A DNA stretch of 31,987 nt from a virus. Its lineage: Duplodnaviria > Caudoviricetes. Each line of letters starts with the position of its first letter. Within the stretch, counting starts at the first letter, position 1. The translations under genes and the position numbers were made by a program. Where the stretch lies: the IMG/VR virus record IMGVR_UViG_3300027828_000080, positions 1-31,987 of that record; one strand, written 5' to 3'. The notes beneath the pieces are model-generated. The model ran no database searches. It worked only from the letters and a program-made list of their open reading frames with translations, and had not been told where the DNA came from. This document shows positions 16,727-25,192 of the stretch, piece after piece.

Positions 16727-17293
16727 ATGGCACACCACACAATTCGAGACGAGGAGGAGGACCGCCAGGCCTACGAGTCGCTCTGGTATCACGCCCTGAT
16801 CGGGCTGGCCTACGTCGCTCAGGACGGCACGTTCAAACGAGCGAACCCGGCCATGCAACGCATCGTCGGCTACACCGAGGCCGAGCTCCAATCCAGACGA
16901 TTCCAGGACATCACGGTGCCGGGAGACGTTGTCGCTGACGAGATCATGGCGGACAAAGTGGCGCGCGGTGAGGTTGACCACTACGACATGAACAAGGGCT
17001 ACATCCACAAGCTCGGCCACATCGTTCCGGTCCGCCTTCGTGTCGTGGGCCTGCACAGCGAGAACGGATTCGAGTTCTTTGTTTCCCAGATGGCTGAAAT
17101 CCACCAGCCCCTGGTCACGGTACCACCGGCCATGCACGGCGGGTTTCATCCCATGACAGCTGGCGAGATCAAGTGGACGAACATCGGCACCATGGTTTGG
17201 CGGGATCTGCCGAAGTGGGCAATCATCGTCGGCATGGTCTCGACCGCGATCGCAGGCGCCGTGGTCACGCTGAACCAGCTCGGCATTATCTGA
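16727..17293 (+). CDS. Stand-alone PAS (S-box) domain protein with a C-terminal transmembrane helix
   Basis: ALIGLAYVAQDGTFKRANPAMQRIVGYTEAEL..RRFQDIT.PGD...YIHKLGHIVPV is a PAS/PAC pattern. TM segment WAIIVGMVSTAIAGAVVTL. Confidence 0.85.
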   Translation: MAHHTIRDEEEDRQAYESLWYHALIGLAYVAQDGTFKRANPAMQRIVGYTEAELQSRRFQDITVPGDVVADEIMADKVARGEVDHYDMNKGYIHKLGHIVPVRLRVVGLHSENGFEFFVSQMAEIHQPLVTVPPAMHGGFHPMTAGEIKWTNIGTMVWRDLPKWAIIVGMVSTAIAGAVVTLNQLGII

Positions 17294-17312
17294 CTTGACT
17301 GGGGCCCCGACC

Positions 17313-17329
17313 GTTGCCAGTGTGGCAAT
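17313..17329. promoter_or_regulatory. Operator-like palindrome copy D (GTTGCC-AGTGT-GGCAAT) over the -10 of promoter TTGACT-17-CAGTGT (17295..17323)
   Basis: One mismatch to consensus. Intergenic, just upstream of the AGGAGG RBS of the MTase. Confidence 0.7.
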
Positions 17330-17344
17330 GCTCAGGAGGCGCCC

Positions 17345-18085
17345 ATGACAACCAAACACAGCACCGGAAACCGGGCCGACCCGGTCGGCGATCGCGGCGA
17401 TGATCTCTACGAGACTCCGACCTGCGCAACGCTCGGCCTGATCGACGCGCGCCCCGATCATTTCATGGGGTTCATCTGGGAGCCGTGCTGTGGGCCCGGC
17501 GCCATCGCCCGGGTCCTGCGCGGACTCGATGACGTCGACGTCACTGCCACGGATCTGATTGACTACGGCTGGGACGGTCAGGACGCTTCGCGCGCCGACT
17601 TCCTCATGGAGCACAAGGGACCGTGGCCACCGAACTGGCCCTATCAGATCGTCACGAACCCACCGTTTAAGCTGGCGACCGAAATGATCGCCCACGCCGT
17701 CTTCGACCTGCGCGCACCGGGTTGGTGGCTGCTTCGCACCCTGTTCCTGGCCGGCGGCAGCGAGGAGACCAAGGGGCGCCCGCAGCTGCGCGCGAGCCTG
17801 CGCGAGCACCTTACCGACGTGCTGCAGATCAGCCCCAGACTTCCCGCCATGTACCGCGGCGGCGAGATCGATTTTGATCAGGCTGGGGCCGAGCTTCTGG
17901 ACCGCCTGAAGGCGAACGAAATATCCCCGGCCGTCTATGACCTTGAGATCGAGGCTCTCGATGAAGAGCGCCAAGCCCGCGCGCAGGGCCGGTCAGCCAT
18001 GGACTTCGCCTGGTTCCGGTTCCAGCCCGAGCCAAAAACAGGGCCGACCCGGCTCGAGTGGATCAACTGCAGGAGGTTTGAATGA
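17345..18085 (+). CDS. SAM-dependent DNA (amino) methyltransferase
   Basis: DDLYETP, motif I WEPCCGPGAI, DFL, and catalytic IVTNPPF. Confidence 0.85.
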   Translation: MTTKHSTGNRADPVGDRGDDLYETPTCATLGLIDARPDHFMGFIWEPCCGPGAIARVLRGLDDVDVTATDLIDYGWDGQDASRADFLMEHKGPWPPNWPYQIVTNPPFKLATEMIAHAVFDLRAPGWWLLRTLFLAGGSEETKGRPQLRASLREHLTDVLQISPRLPAMYRGGEIDFDQAGAELLDRLKANEISPAVYDLEIEALDEERQARAQGRSAMDFAWFRFQPEPKTGPTRLEWINCRRFE

Positions 18086-18345
18086 CGAAGGACCCGGTAA
18101 GGGGCGTGCGAGCAGCGTTGCGCCCCGACGACCCAAAGGCGCGCGTGGAATCACGTATCAGGATTGTGGGCAGCACGACCGCAGACCTCACGATCTGGCG
18201 CGATGAGGACGGCGATCTCGTGGTCTGTCAGGGCAAGGGCCGGGTCGTGATGGCCACGAATCAGGCCCGCCTGGTCGCGTTGGCTCTCTTGGAGATGCTT
18301 GGCACCAGGGCCGACCAGCCAGAATTCACATTTCAGGAGAGGTGA
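18082..18345 (+). CDS. Hypothetical protein
   Basis: AGGAGG RBS and ATGA coupling. Confidence 0.65.
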   Translation: MTKDPVRGVRAALRPDDPKARVESRIRIVGSTTADLTIWRDEDGDLVVCQGKGRVVMATNQARLVALALLEMLGTRADQPEFTFQER

Positions 18346-18346
18346 C

Positions 18347-19075
18347 ATGAGCACATCAGACCTACAAGGAATTGTCGGCGGCGTCTCGATTTTCGGGGTT
18401 ACTGGCGGAGAGTGCGGTGAAGGAGAGGTGATGCTGCGCTCCACCTTCAATCATTCGGTTCTTATGCCCGCAGACGACGCGATCGAGATCGCCAGGCGGA
18501 TGATCACCACAGCCGAGTGGGCCAAGGCAAAGACCAAGGCTGAAAAATCAGGGTTTTCAGTCGACCTTGACTTAGCGGCACAGTGCCTACGATCAGGTAA
18601 GCCGCTGGCCTCTGACCCGCAGGAGCAAGGCTCGTCCGGGTTCAGCGCCGATCAAGTGCGTGACGCCTCGCAGAGAATCGCGCAAGCGACGGACGACGCC
18701 AAAAACGTCAGGCCCGAAGAGCTCAAATCCGTGCTCGAACAGGTCGACCAGGCCAAGGACATCGTGGCCAAACAGTCCTACACGCTGGCTGAAATCGAGG
18801 AGGCCCTGAAATGGTGGGAGCTTTTCGGCCAAAGCGACCCCGATTTTCACGAGGTGCCCGGCCCGCTGCATGACTGTGGCGACCACGGGCACGATTTCGG
18901 CAAAGAGCTCAGCGTCCTTTTCAGCAAGGTCGGCGTTCACAGCGACTGCCGCTACGTCGAGGTCAAGGACTCGGTGATCTACCAGACATGCAAGCGCTGC
19001 GGCGGCATGTGGCCTTACCGGCCGTCATTCGCTGGCCACTTCACCGTGCTCAAGGATTCCGACGATGCCAGCTGA
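18347..19075 (+). CDS. Hypothetical protein with a C-terminal Cys/His cluster
   Basis: AGGAGAGG RBS before the ATG at 18347. CGDHGH...CKRCG. Confidence 0.65.
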   Translation: MSTSDLQGIVGGVSIFGVTGGECGEGEVMLRSTFNHSVLMPADDAIEIARRMITTAEWAKAKTKAEKSGFSVDLDLAAQCLRSGKPLASDPQEQGSSGFSADQVRDASQRIAQATDDAKNVRPEELKSVLEQVDQAKDIVAKQSYTLAEIEEALKWWELFGQSDPDFHEVPGPLHDCGDHGHDFGKELSVLFSKVGVHSDCRYVEVKDSVIYQTCKRCGGMWPYRPSFAGHFTVLKDSDDAS

Positions 19076-19418
19076 GGGCCGCGCCTGCGAGACCTGCGCA
19101 TGGTACCAGCCGCTGACCGCGGGCGATGGCGGCGGGACATGCCGGCATGACGCGCCCGACGCCCACCACGGGTGGCCGGTCGTCAACGCCAAGGCGTGGT
19201 GTCGGCATTGGGATCTGGACTCGCCGCTGACCGTTGGTGGCAAGCCAATCCGGGATCTCGATGACGATGAGCTGCAGGACGCCCTGCGCTTCTGTTCAGA
19301 GGCCGAGAATTTAGAATCCTACGACTCAATGGTTCGGGCCCGCTGGGAGCAGGAATCGTGTGCGGTCGCGGTCAGGCGGGAAATAGAGCGCCGCGCGATC
19401 CTCAAGGCTGGGGGCTAA
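19065..19418 (+). CDS. Hypothetical protein with an N-terminal Cys motif
   Basis: CETCAWY...GTCRHDAP...WPVV...WCRHW is a four-Cys pattern seen in small phage proteins. Confidence 0.7.
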   Translation: MPAEGRACETCAWYQPLTAGDGGGTCRHDAPDAHHGWPVVNAKAWCRHWDLDSPLTVGGKPIRDLDDDELQDALRFCSEAENLESYDSMVRARWEQESCAVAVRREIERRAILKAGG

Positions 19419-19465
19419 CCGTCTGATTTGATTGAGATCAGACCCAAAAGTGTGAGGAGTCCATA

Positions 19466-19687
19466 ATGGGAGAATTGCTTGCGTTTATAGATGACAGGTT
19501 CAACGCCACGTGGCGGGCCGTCGCTTTCTGGGGGTCGCTTAACGCCACGCTGATTTGTTTTTTCAACGGCGCAGCGATCCCGGCGATGATCTTCGGGGTC
19601 TGGCTTGGGGTGGTGTCCTGCCTTTTGCTGGTGTCCGCGTTCAAAACGGCCGATCAGGACGAAGAGCAGTCGGAGGGAGTTGAGTGA
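19466..19687 (+). CDS. Small two-TM membrane protein
   Basis: GAGGAG RBS, two hydrophobic segments and an acidic tail. Confidence 0.62.
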   Translation: MGELLAFIDDRFNATWRAVAFWGSLNATLICFFNGAAIPAMIFGVWLGVVSCLLLVSAFKTADQDEEQSEGVE

Positions 19688-19775
19688 TGGGTAACAGAGG
19701 CATCCCCTTGTGGGCTCTTTTGGTTTGGGCGGGGGCCGTGTCGTTCGTTGCCACTCTCTTGATGTGGTGCCACCC

Positions 19776-20405
19776 ATGACCACTGACATAGACATTCCAG
19801 AAGAAAAGTGCCCGCATCAAAATCAGGAAACGGTAGGTGTGCGGGGCGCTGATGGCGTGGAGTTCGATGTGAAAGCTTGCGTCGATTGCGGGGAATTTGG
19901 CCCGTTCCCGCCCTCAACGCAGCTGCCACGCCTGGCCCTCTCGGTCCGTCAGCCCTGGGCGTGGGCAATCATCTTCGCGGGCAAGGATATTGAGAACCGG
20001 AGTGTGGCCGCGGTCAGGCACGGCATGAAGCCGGCTCCGATCGCTATCCATGCCTCAAAGGGCATGACGCAATGCGAGTACGAGCACGCCGCTGAGTTCA
20101 TGGCCAGCATCGGCGTGACGTGCCCTGCAGCGCGCGAACTGGTTCGGGGCGGGGTCATAGGCCATTGCGAGATCACGGGCATTGTGGACGCGCACGACAG
20201 CCCGTGGTTCTTCGGTCCGCGCGGGCTCGTCCTGGCCAATCCGACGCCATGCGATCCGATCGCCGCGGTCGGCGCGCTGGGCTATTTTCGCTGGGAGCGT
20301 GGCGGCGAGCTCGATGAGCCGAAAAAATGGATGCTGGCCGAGCCGCCCGGACCGGCGCCGGAGCCAATCACTACGCTCCCGCTATTCGACGGGCCCGAGT
20401 CATGA
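19776..20405 (+). CDS. ASCH-domain protein with an N-terminal zinc-ribbon-like segment
   Basis: ALSVRQPWAWAIIFAGKDIENRS, IAIHAS, GGVIG and WFFGPRGLVL. CPH...CVDC at the N-terminus. Start uncertain. Confidence 0.85.
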   Translation: MTTDIDIPEEKCPHQNQETVGVRGADGVEFDVKACVDCGEFGPFPPSTQLPRLALSVRQPWAWAIIFAGKDIENRSVAAVRHGMKPAPIAIHASKGMTQCEYEHAAEFMASIGVTCPAARELVRGGVIGHCEITGIVDAHDSPWFFGPRGLVLANPTPCDPIAAVGALGYFRWERGGELDEPKKWMLAEPPGPAPEPITTLPLFDGPES

Positions 20406-20674
20406 GGCCGTGGCAAGTCACGCTCGAGCGCTTGCGGTATCAGGCAAAAATGCGGTGCCTTGACCGCCATGAACTGGCTGAACTTCAAGAAGCTGAGGCC
20501 GAGGAGGAGGCCTATTCGGGGTCGACCGATCAAGCCGTTGATGAGCTAATCGGCCTTTTTTCTGATCTCTGTGACGCCATCTGGCATGGGCTCAGGGCGA
20601 ATCCGTGGCCTCTGATCTCATGGTGGGCTGGTGGTGTGATTATCGCACTCATTCTCGAGCTGGCCAACCGATAG
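20402..20674 (+). CDS. Hypothetical protein with a C-terminal TM helix
   Basis: ATGA coupling to the ASCH gene. TM segment LISWWAGGVIIALILEL. Confidence 0.6.
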   Translation: MRPWQVTLERLRYQAKMRCLDRHELAELQEAEAEEEAYSGSTDQAVDELIGLFSDLCDAIWHGLRANPWPLISWWAGGVIIALILELANR

Positions 20675-20684
20675 GAGGACGACC

Positions 20685-21005
20685 ATGAACGCCGACGTCA
20701 TCTCAGCCGGAAAGCCCTGGGGCGACACAGGGGGCACGGTCTACTACTTTGATTGCCCGGGCTGCGGCAGCCCACACATGTTCGTCATTGGCGGCGGCCG
20801 GGGCTGGACATGGAACGGCGACCACAAGAGCCCTACGGTCAGGCCGTCAATCCTCGTGAATGGCAACGCAAAGTGCGTCAACCCGGCGGCGCCACGGTGT
20901 CACAGCTATGTGACCAATGGGCAGATCGGATTTCTGAATGATTCGACCCACGAGAAGGCTGGCCAGACCGTGCCGCTACCGGCGTGGGACAGGGATTGGG
21001 ACTAG
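20685..21005 (+). CDS. DUF6527-like Cys/His metal-binding protein
   Basis: FDCPGCGSPH...WTWNGD..SPTVRPSIL...CHSYVTNGQI.FL.DSTH..AGQTVPLP. AGGAGG RBS. Confidence 0.8.
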   Translation: MNADVISAGKPWGDTGGTVYYFDCPGCGSPHMFVIGGGRGWTWNGDHKSPTVRPSILVNGNAKCVNPAAPRCHSYVTNGQIGFLNDSTHEKAGQTVPLPAWDRDWD

Positions 21006-21034
21006 GGCTGGCGACCGGCGCATGACCGTGATAC

Positions 21035-21051
21035 GTTGCCACCGCAGAAAC
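21035..21051. promoter_or_regulatory. Operator-like palindrome copy E (GTTGCC-ACCGC-AGAAAC)
   Basis: Two mismatches. Intergenic, followed by GCT like most other copies and then an AGGAGG RBS. Confidence 0.5.
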
Positions 21052-21068
21052 GCTTAGGAGGAGCAGAC

Positions 21069-21407
21069 ATGAATTTGCTACCGGACATCTACGGTCTCCG
21101 TGACAGCCTGAAACGCCGCAAGGGCGGTCTCAGCACCAAGTCGCTGACGGAATTTAACCGCCTGGCCAACAAGGCGCTTGACGCTAAGGGCGAAGCGCAG
21201 CGGCTGACAGCCGATGTCGAACGTTTGGAAGGTGAGGTTCGGGCGCTGGAGCGAAAGGTTGAGCGCGAGGGCGACCGCGCCGACTTCGCGCACGCCCATG
21301 CCAAGGCAGTGGCGTATCGGGACGCGCTGGACATGGTGACCGGACGAATGGGTGGGCAGACCATCCTCCCGACCGTGGAGCTGACCAGCGAAAAGGCTGG
21401 TGGCTGA
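21069..21407 (+). CDS. Coiled-coil hypothetical protein
   Basis: AGGAGG RBS. LTADVERLEGEVRALERKV heptads. Confidence 0.7.
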   Translation: MNLLPDIYGLRDSLKRRKGGLSTKSLTEFNRLANKALDAKGEAQRLTADVERLEGEVRALERKVEREGDRADFAHAHAKAVAYRDALDMVTGRMGGQTILPTVELTSEKAGG

Positions 21408-21618
21408 CCGCACTCCATGCGCGGTCCCGTTCTGCCGAAAGACCACCAAGGGCGGCGGTCCGGGATATGAGTGGATCTGCGCGGATCACTGGCGGCACGC
21501 CGATCGGGGTCTCCGTCGGCGCTACGCCGCGGCGCAGAGGGCCCAGAGGCCGGCCGCGAATCGCTTGTGGCGGGCCATCAAGGTGCAGGTCGTGGAGCGC
21601 GCGTTCGGCATCGGATGA
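21400..21618 (+). CDS. Small Cys/His (zinc-finger-like) protein
   Basis: CAVPFC...ICADHW motif. Overlaps the upstream stop. Confidence 0.65.
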   Translation: MADRTPCAVPFCRKTTKGGGPGYEWICADHWRHADRGLRRRYAAAQRAQRPAANRLWRAIKVQVVERAFGIG

Positions 21619-21832
21619 TCCACGGTTTACACTGTACCACGTAGTGTAATAGTCTCGATCTGACCGCGCGGTCTGACCACGTGTGGTCTTCCCAAGGAGC
21701 CCCCCCAAGGTTCCACACCACCAGTACCCCTGGCCCCGTCGGCCCCAACCGGCGGGGCCCTCGCTTGCCCGCCCGTGTTTTCGGTGCGATAACGTGCCCC
21801 GGTAGAAACATCGACCCCTCAGGAGGCACGAC

Positions 21833-22171
21833 ATGGCCAAGACACCCAGCACGAAGACGAAGACAAAGGCGCCGGCCAAAAAGGCCGCTGCAAAGCCTGC
21901 GCAGGCCAAGACGGACAAGCGCACCGAGCATCTGCACGAGATCATCGTCACGCACCACGCCGGAGCCGCGGAAGGCACGGTTAAGGTCAACGGCGCCATC
22001 GCGTCCGTGTTTTCGCGTCAGGAGGCCAAAGACGGCAAGGGCAACAGCCAGGTCCGCGACCGGCGCCCGTACCCGCACTTTTGGGCAGCTGATGGCGACA
22101 GCATCACGGAAGAAACGTACGGCAACATTACGTTCGAGATCCGTAAGACCGACCGCACGCGCTCGGCCTGA
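21833..22171 (+). CDS. Hypothetical protein with a Lys/Ala-rich histone H1-like N-terminal tail
   Basis: AGGAGG RBS. MAKTPSTKTKTKAPAKKAAAKPAQAK. Confidence 0.72.
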   Translation: MAKTPSTKTKTKAPAKKAAAKPAQAKTDKRTEHLHEIIVTHHAGAAEGTVKVNGAIASVFSRQEAKDGKGNSQVRDRRPYPHFWAADGDSITEETYGNITFEIRKTDRTRSA

Positions 22172-22211
22172 TCACGATGTCGATCGGTAAGGGAAAGCCC
22201 CGGGCAAGAGC

Positions 22212-23501
22212 GTGCCCGATGGGCTTGAGGTCAAATACTACGACCCGGCCAAACTCATTCCGTACGCCGGAAACGCCCGCACGCACAGCGAGGACCAGGT
22301 CACCATGATCGCGGCCTCGATCAAGGAGTTCGGGTTCACCCAGCCCATCCTCATCGATGACGACATGGGAATCGTGGCCGGACACGGCCGCGTTCAGGCC
22401 GCGCAGCTCCTTGGCCTCAAACAGGTCCCGACCATCCGGCTTTCCGGCCTCACCGACGCCCAGCGCCGGGCCTATGTCATCGCTGACAACCAGCTTGCAA
22501 CCCAAGCGGGCTGGGACAAGGAAATGCTTAAGGCCGAGCTGGGTCGCCTGCTCGATGATGATTTTGAGATCGGCCTGCTTGGGTTCTCTGACGTTGAGCT
22601 CGGCGCCATCATGGCAGACCGGAACCAGGGCCGGACCGACCCGGACGACGTGCCCGGACTCAGGGCAGAGGTGGTGAGCGCGCCGGGAGACGTTTGGCGC
22701 CTGGGCCGCCATGTCCTGAAGGTCGGAGACGCGACCAGCGCCGATGACGTGGCCGATGCGCTGGCCGGGGTCGTACCGCACCTCATGGTGACCGACCCGC
22801 CCTACGGGGTCAGCTATGACCCGTCATGGCGCGCTGAGACCAAAAGGTCGGACGGTACGCCGGTCAGCACCGGCAACGTTGCGACCGGAGAGGTCAGCAA
22901 CGACGATCGAGCGGATTGGCGCGAGGCCTGGGCGTTGTTCCCCGGTGACGTGGCCTACGTGTGGCATGGCGCGCTCCACGCCCAAGTCGTGGCCGACAGC
23001 CTGATCGCCACCGGCCTTGAGATTCGGTCACAGATCATTTGGGTCAAGCCCAGGGCGCCGATCAGCCGCGGCAACTATCATTGGCGGCACGAGCCGTGCT
23101 GGTACGCGGTGCGCAAGGGCAAGACCGGACACTGGGAGGGTGGCCGCAAGCAGAACACGGTATGGGAGATCGACAACAACGACGGCGCGAATCATGATCG
23201 AGAGCACGCCACCGGGCACGGAACGCAAAAGCCGGTGGATCTGATCAGACGCAGCGTCGAGAACAATTCCAGCGCTGGTCAGGCCGTGTACGAGCCGTTC
23301 GCCGGGTCCGGGACGACACTGATCGCGTGCGAAATGACTGGCCGCGCATGCCACGCACTGGAAATCGACCCGCGCTACGCCGATGTTATTATTCGGCGCT
23401 GGCAGGACTTCACGGGCGAGAAGGCCCACCTGGGGCGGGCAGACGGCCAAACATTCGAGGACATCGAACATGAGCGCGGGCAAGGAGCACGTACCGACTG
23501 A
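22212..23501 (+). CDS. ParB/Srx N-terminal domain fused to an N6/N4 DNA methyltransferase
   Basis: LIPYAGNARTHS...SIKEFGFTQPIL...AGHGR...YVIADN, then VTDPPY, HGTQKPV and EPFAGSGTTLIAC. Typical position before the terminase. Confidence 0.93.
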   Translation: MPDGLEVKYYDPAKLIPYAGNARTHSEDQVTMIAASIKEFGFTQPILIDDDMGIVAGHGRVQAAQLLGLKQVPTIRLSGLTDAQRRAYVIADNQLATQAGWDKEMLKAELGRLLDDDFEIGLLGFSDVELGAIMADRNQGRTDPDDVPGLRAEVVSAPGDVWRLGRHVLKVGDATSADDVADALAGVVPHLMVTDPPYGVSYDPSWRAETKRSDGTPVSTGNVATGEVSNDDRADWREAWALFPGDVAYVWHGALHAQVVADSLIATGLEIRSQIIWVKPRAPISRGNYHWRHEPCWYAVRKGKTGHWEGGRKQNTVWEIDNNDGANHDREHATGHGTQKPVDLIRRSVENNSSAGQAVYEPFAGSGTTLIACEMTGRACHALEIDPRYADVIIRRWQDFTGEKAHLGRADGQTFEDIEHERGQGARTD

Positions 23502-23916
23502 GGACCAGCGCAAGATCGTGCGGATCAGCGCGGCCATGGGCCTGCGCCGTGAGCAGATTTGCCTTCTCGTCCTCCAGGACGGTGCACCGATCAGCGAAAA
23601 TACGCTGCGCAAGCACTACACCGAGGAGCTCGACACAGGCGACGTCCAGGCCAACTATGACGTGGCGGCCATCGCCTACAAAACAGCCACGGACAAGACG
23701 CTGTTCGGCACTGCGGCGCAGGGCAACATGGTCCGCTATTGGCTCAGCGCGCGGGCCGGATGGAAGGAAGGCATGACCCATGAGCACACCGGACCAGACG
23801 GACAACCGCTCGAGTCCATTGATGCGAAGTGGGCAGAGCTTGAACGCCGAATCATTGGCATCGCTGAGTCCGCAGGAGCTGGTCGCAGCGCTGGCGGCGC
23901 TGAAGGAGACGCTTAG
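23470..23916 (+). CDS. Terminase small subunit (putative)
   Basis: HTH-like ISENTLRKHYTEEL..G, WLSARAGWKE and EHTGPDGQPL. Immediately upstream of TerL. Confidence 0.75.
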   Translation: MSAGKEHVPTEDQRKIVRISAAMGLRREQICLLVLQDGAPISENTLRKHYTEELDTGDVQANYDVAAIAYKTATDKTLFGTAAQGNMVRYWLSARAGWKEGMTHEHTGPDGQPLESIDAKWAELERRIIGIAESAGAGRSAGGAEGDA

Positions 23917-25183
23917 CGGCGCTGAGCTCGACGCACTTCTCGTCGATTACGAGTTCTGGGCTCGGCCCAACCAGCTTCCACCGGCGTGGGAGTGGTCCAC
24001 ATGGCTTGTTCTGGCCGGCCGCGGGTTCGGTAAGACCTGGGTCGGATCACACGCGACCAGCGCGGCCGTGATCGGCAGGACGCCGTTGTCAGGCGGTGCC
24101 CGTCACAACGTCGCGATCGTGGCCGAGACGGCGGCCGACGCCCGAGACGTCATGGTTGAGGGCCCGGCCGGGATCCTTGCGCAGACCCCGAAGGACTACC
24201 GCCCTCTCTATGAGCCGTCCAAGCGCCGCCTGACCTGGCCGAACGGAGCGACAGGTACCCTGTTCAACGCGACCGAGCCGGATCAGCTGCGTGGCCCGCA
24301 GCACGACTGGGCATGGTGCGACGAGGCCGCTAAGTGGCAGTACGCCCAGGAGACCTGGGACATGCTGCAGTTCGGCATGCGACTCGGCCGGCTCCCCCAA
24401 GTGGTGGTGACCACGACCCCGCGCCCGATCAAACTGATCAAGGAGCTGCTGGCCGACCCGGGCACAGCGGTGACGCGAGGCGCAACCATGGACAACCGGG
24501 CCAATCTGGCCGCGTCGTTCATCAAGAAGATCCACGACAAGTATGAGGGCACCCGACTGGGCCGGCAGGAGCTCTACGCCGAGGTGCTCGATGACGTTCC
24601 GGGCGCGCTGTGGCGCCGTCAACAGATCGAGGCCAGCCGAGTGCGGCTCGGCGAACACATTAACATCGACGATCTGCAGCGCATCGTGGTCGCGATCGAC
24701 CCGCCCGCAACGTCCGGCGAAGACGCTGACGAGTGTGGCATCGTGGTCTGCGGAATCGATCGCAAGGACCCGCCACACCTCTACGTGCTGCAAGACCTCA
24801 GCTTCCCCCAGGCCAGCCCCACTGCGTGGGCCAGCACGGCCTGTGCGGCGTTTCACCAATGGAAAGCCGACCGCATCATCGGCGAAGTGAACAACGGCGG
24901 TGAGATGGTCGAGGCCGTGATCAGGGCGCACGATCCGAACGTACCGCTCCGGTCAGTACACGCCACGCGAGGGAAGGTTCGGCGCGCTGAGCCGATTGCC
25001 GCCTTGTGGGAGCAGGGCCGCGGGCATATTGTGGGCGCCATGCCGCAGCTGGAGGACCAGATGGCTGAGATGACGCCGGACTTTGATTCCAAGGTAGCGG
25101 GCTACAGCCCTGACCACCTCGACGCCATGGTCTGGGCCGCTACGGACCTGACAGAGGCACCCACCGACGACCTGTTGCTATAG
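23780..25183 (+). CDS. terL: Terminase large subunit (Terminase_6 / GTA-like); start may be 23822 or later
   Basis: Walker A LAGRGFGKT, Walker B WCDE, VTTTP, and nuclease motifs VVAIDPP and SPDHLDAMVWA. Confidence 0.95.
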   Translation: MSTPDQTDNRSSPLMRSGQSLNAESLASLSPQELVAALAALKETLSGAELDALLVDYEFWARPNQLPPAWEWSTWLVLAGRGFGKTWVGSHATSAAVIGRTPLSGGARHNVAIVAETAADARDVMVEGPAGILAQTPKDYRPLYEPSKRRLTWPNGATGTLFNATEPDQLRGPQHDWAWCDEAAKWQYAQETWDMLQFGMRLGRLPQVVVTTTPRPIKLIKELLADPGTAVTRGATMDNRANLAASFIKKIHDKYEGTRLGRQELYAEVLDDVPGALWRRQQIEASRVRLGEHINIDDLQRIVVAIDPPATSGEDADECGIVVCGIDRKDPPHLYVLQDLSFPQASPTAWASTACAAFHQWKADRIIGEVNNGGEMVEAVIRAHDPNVPLRSVHATRGKVRRAEPIAALWEQGRGHIVGAMPQLEDQMAEMTPDFDSKVAGYSPDHLDAMVWAATDLTEAPTDDLLL

Positions 25184-25192
25184 GGGACAGCC

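Noticed and set aside
16592-17974. Long antisense ORFs (460 aa here; also 15573-16469, 24089-24931, 30288-31205 and 1037-1861)
   Set aside because: These are shadow frames of well-supported genes on the opposite strand in GC-rich DNA, with no recognisable motifs.
22212-22620. ParB domain as the cognate binder of the parS site
   Set aside because: It is the ParB/Srx N-terminal domain commonly fused to phage MTases and lacks the HTH domain that recognises parS.
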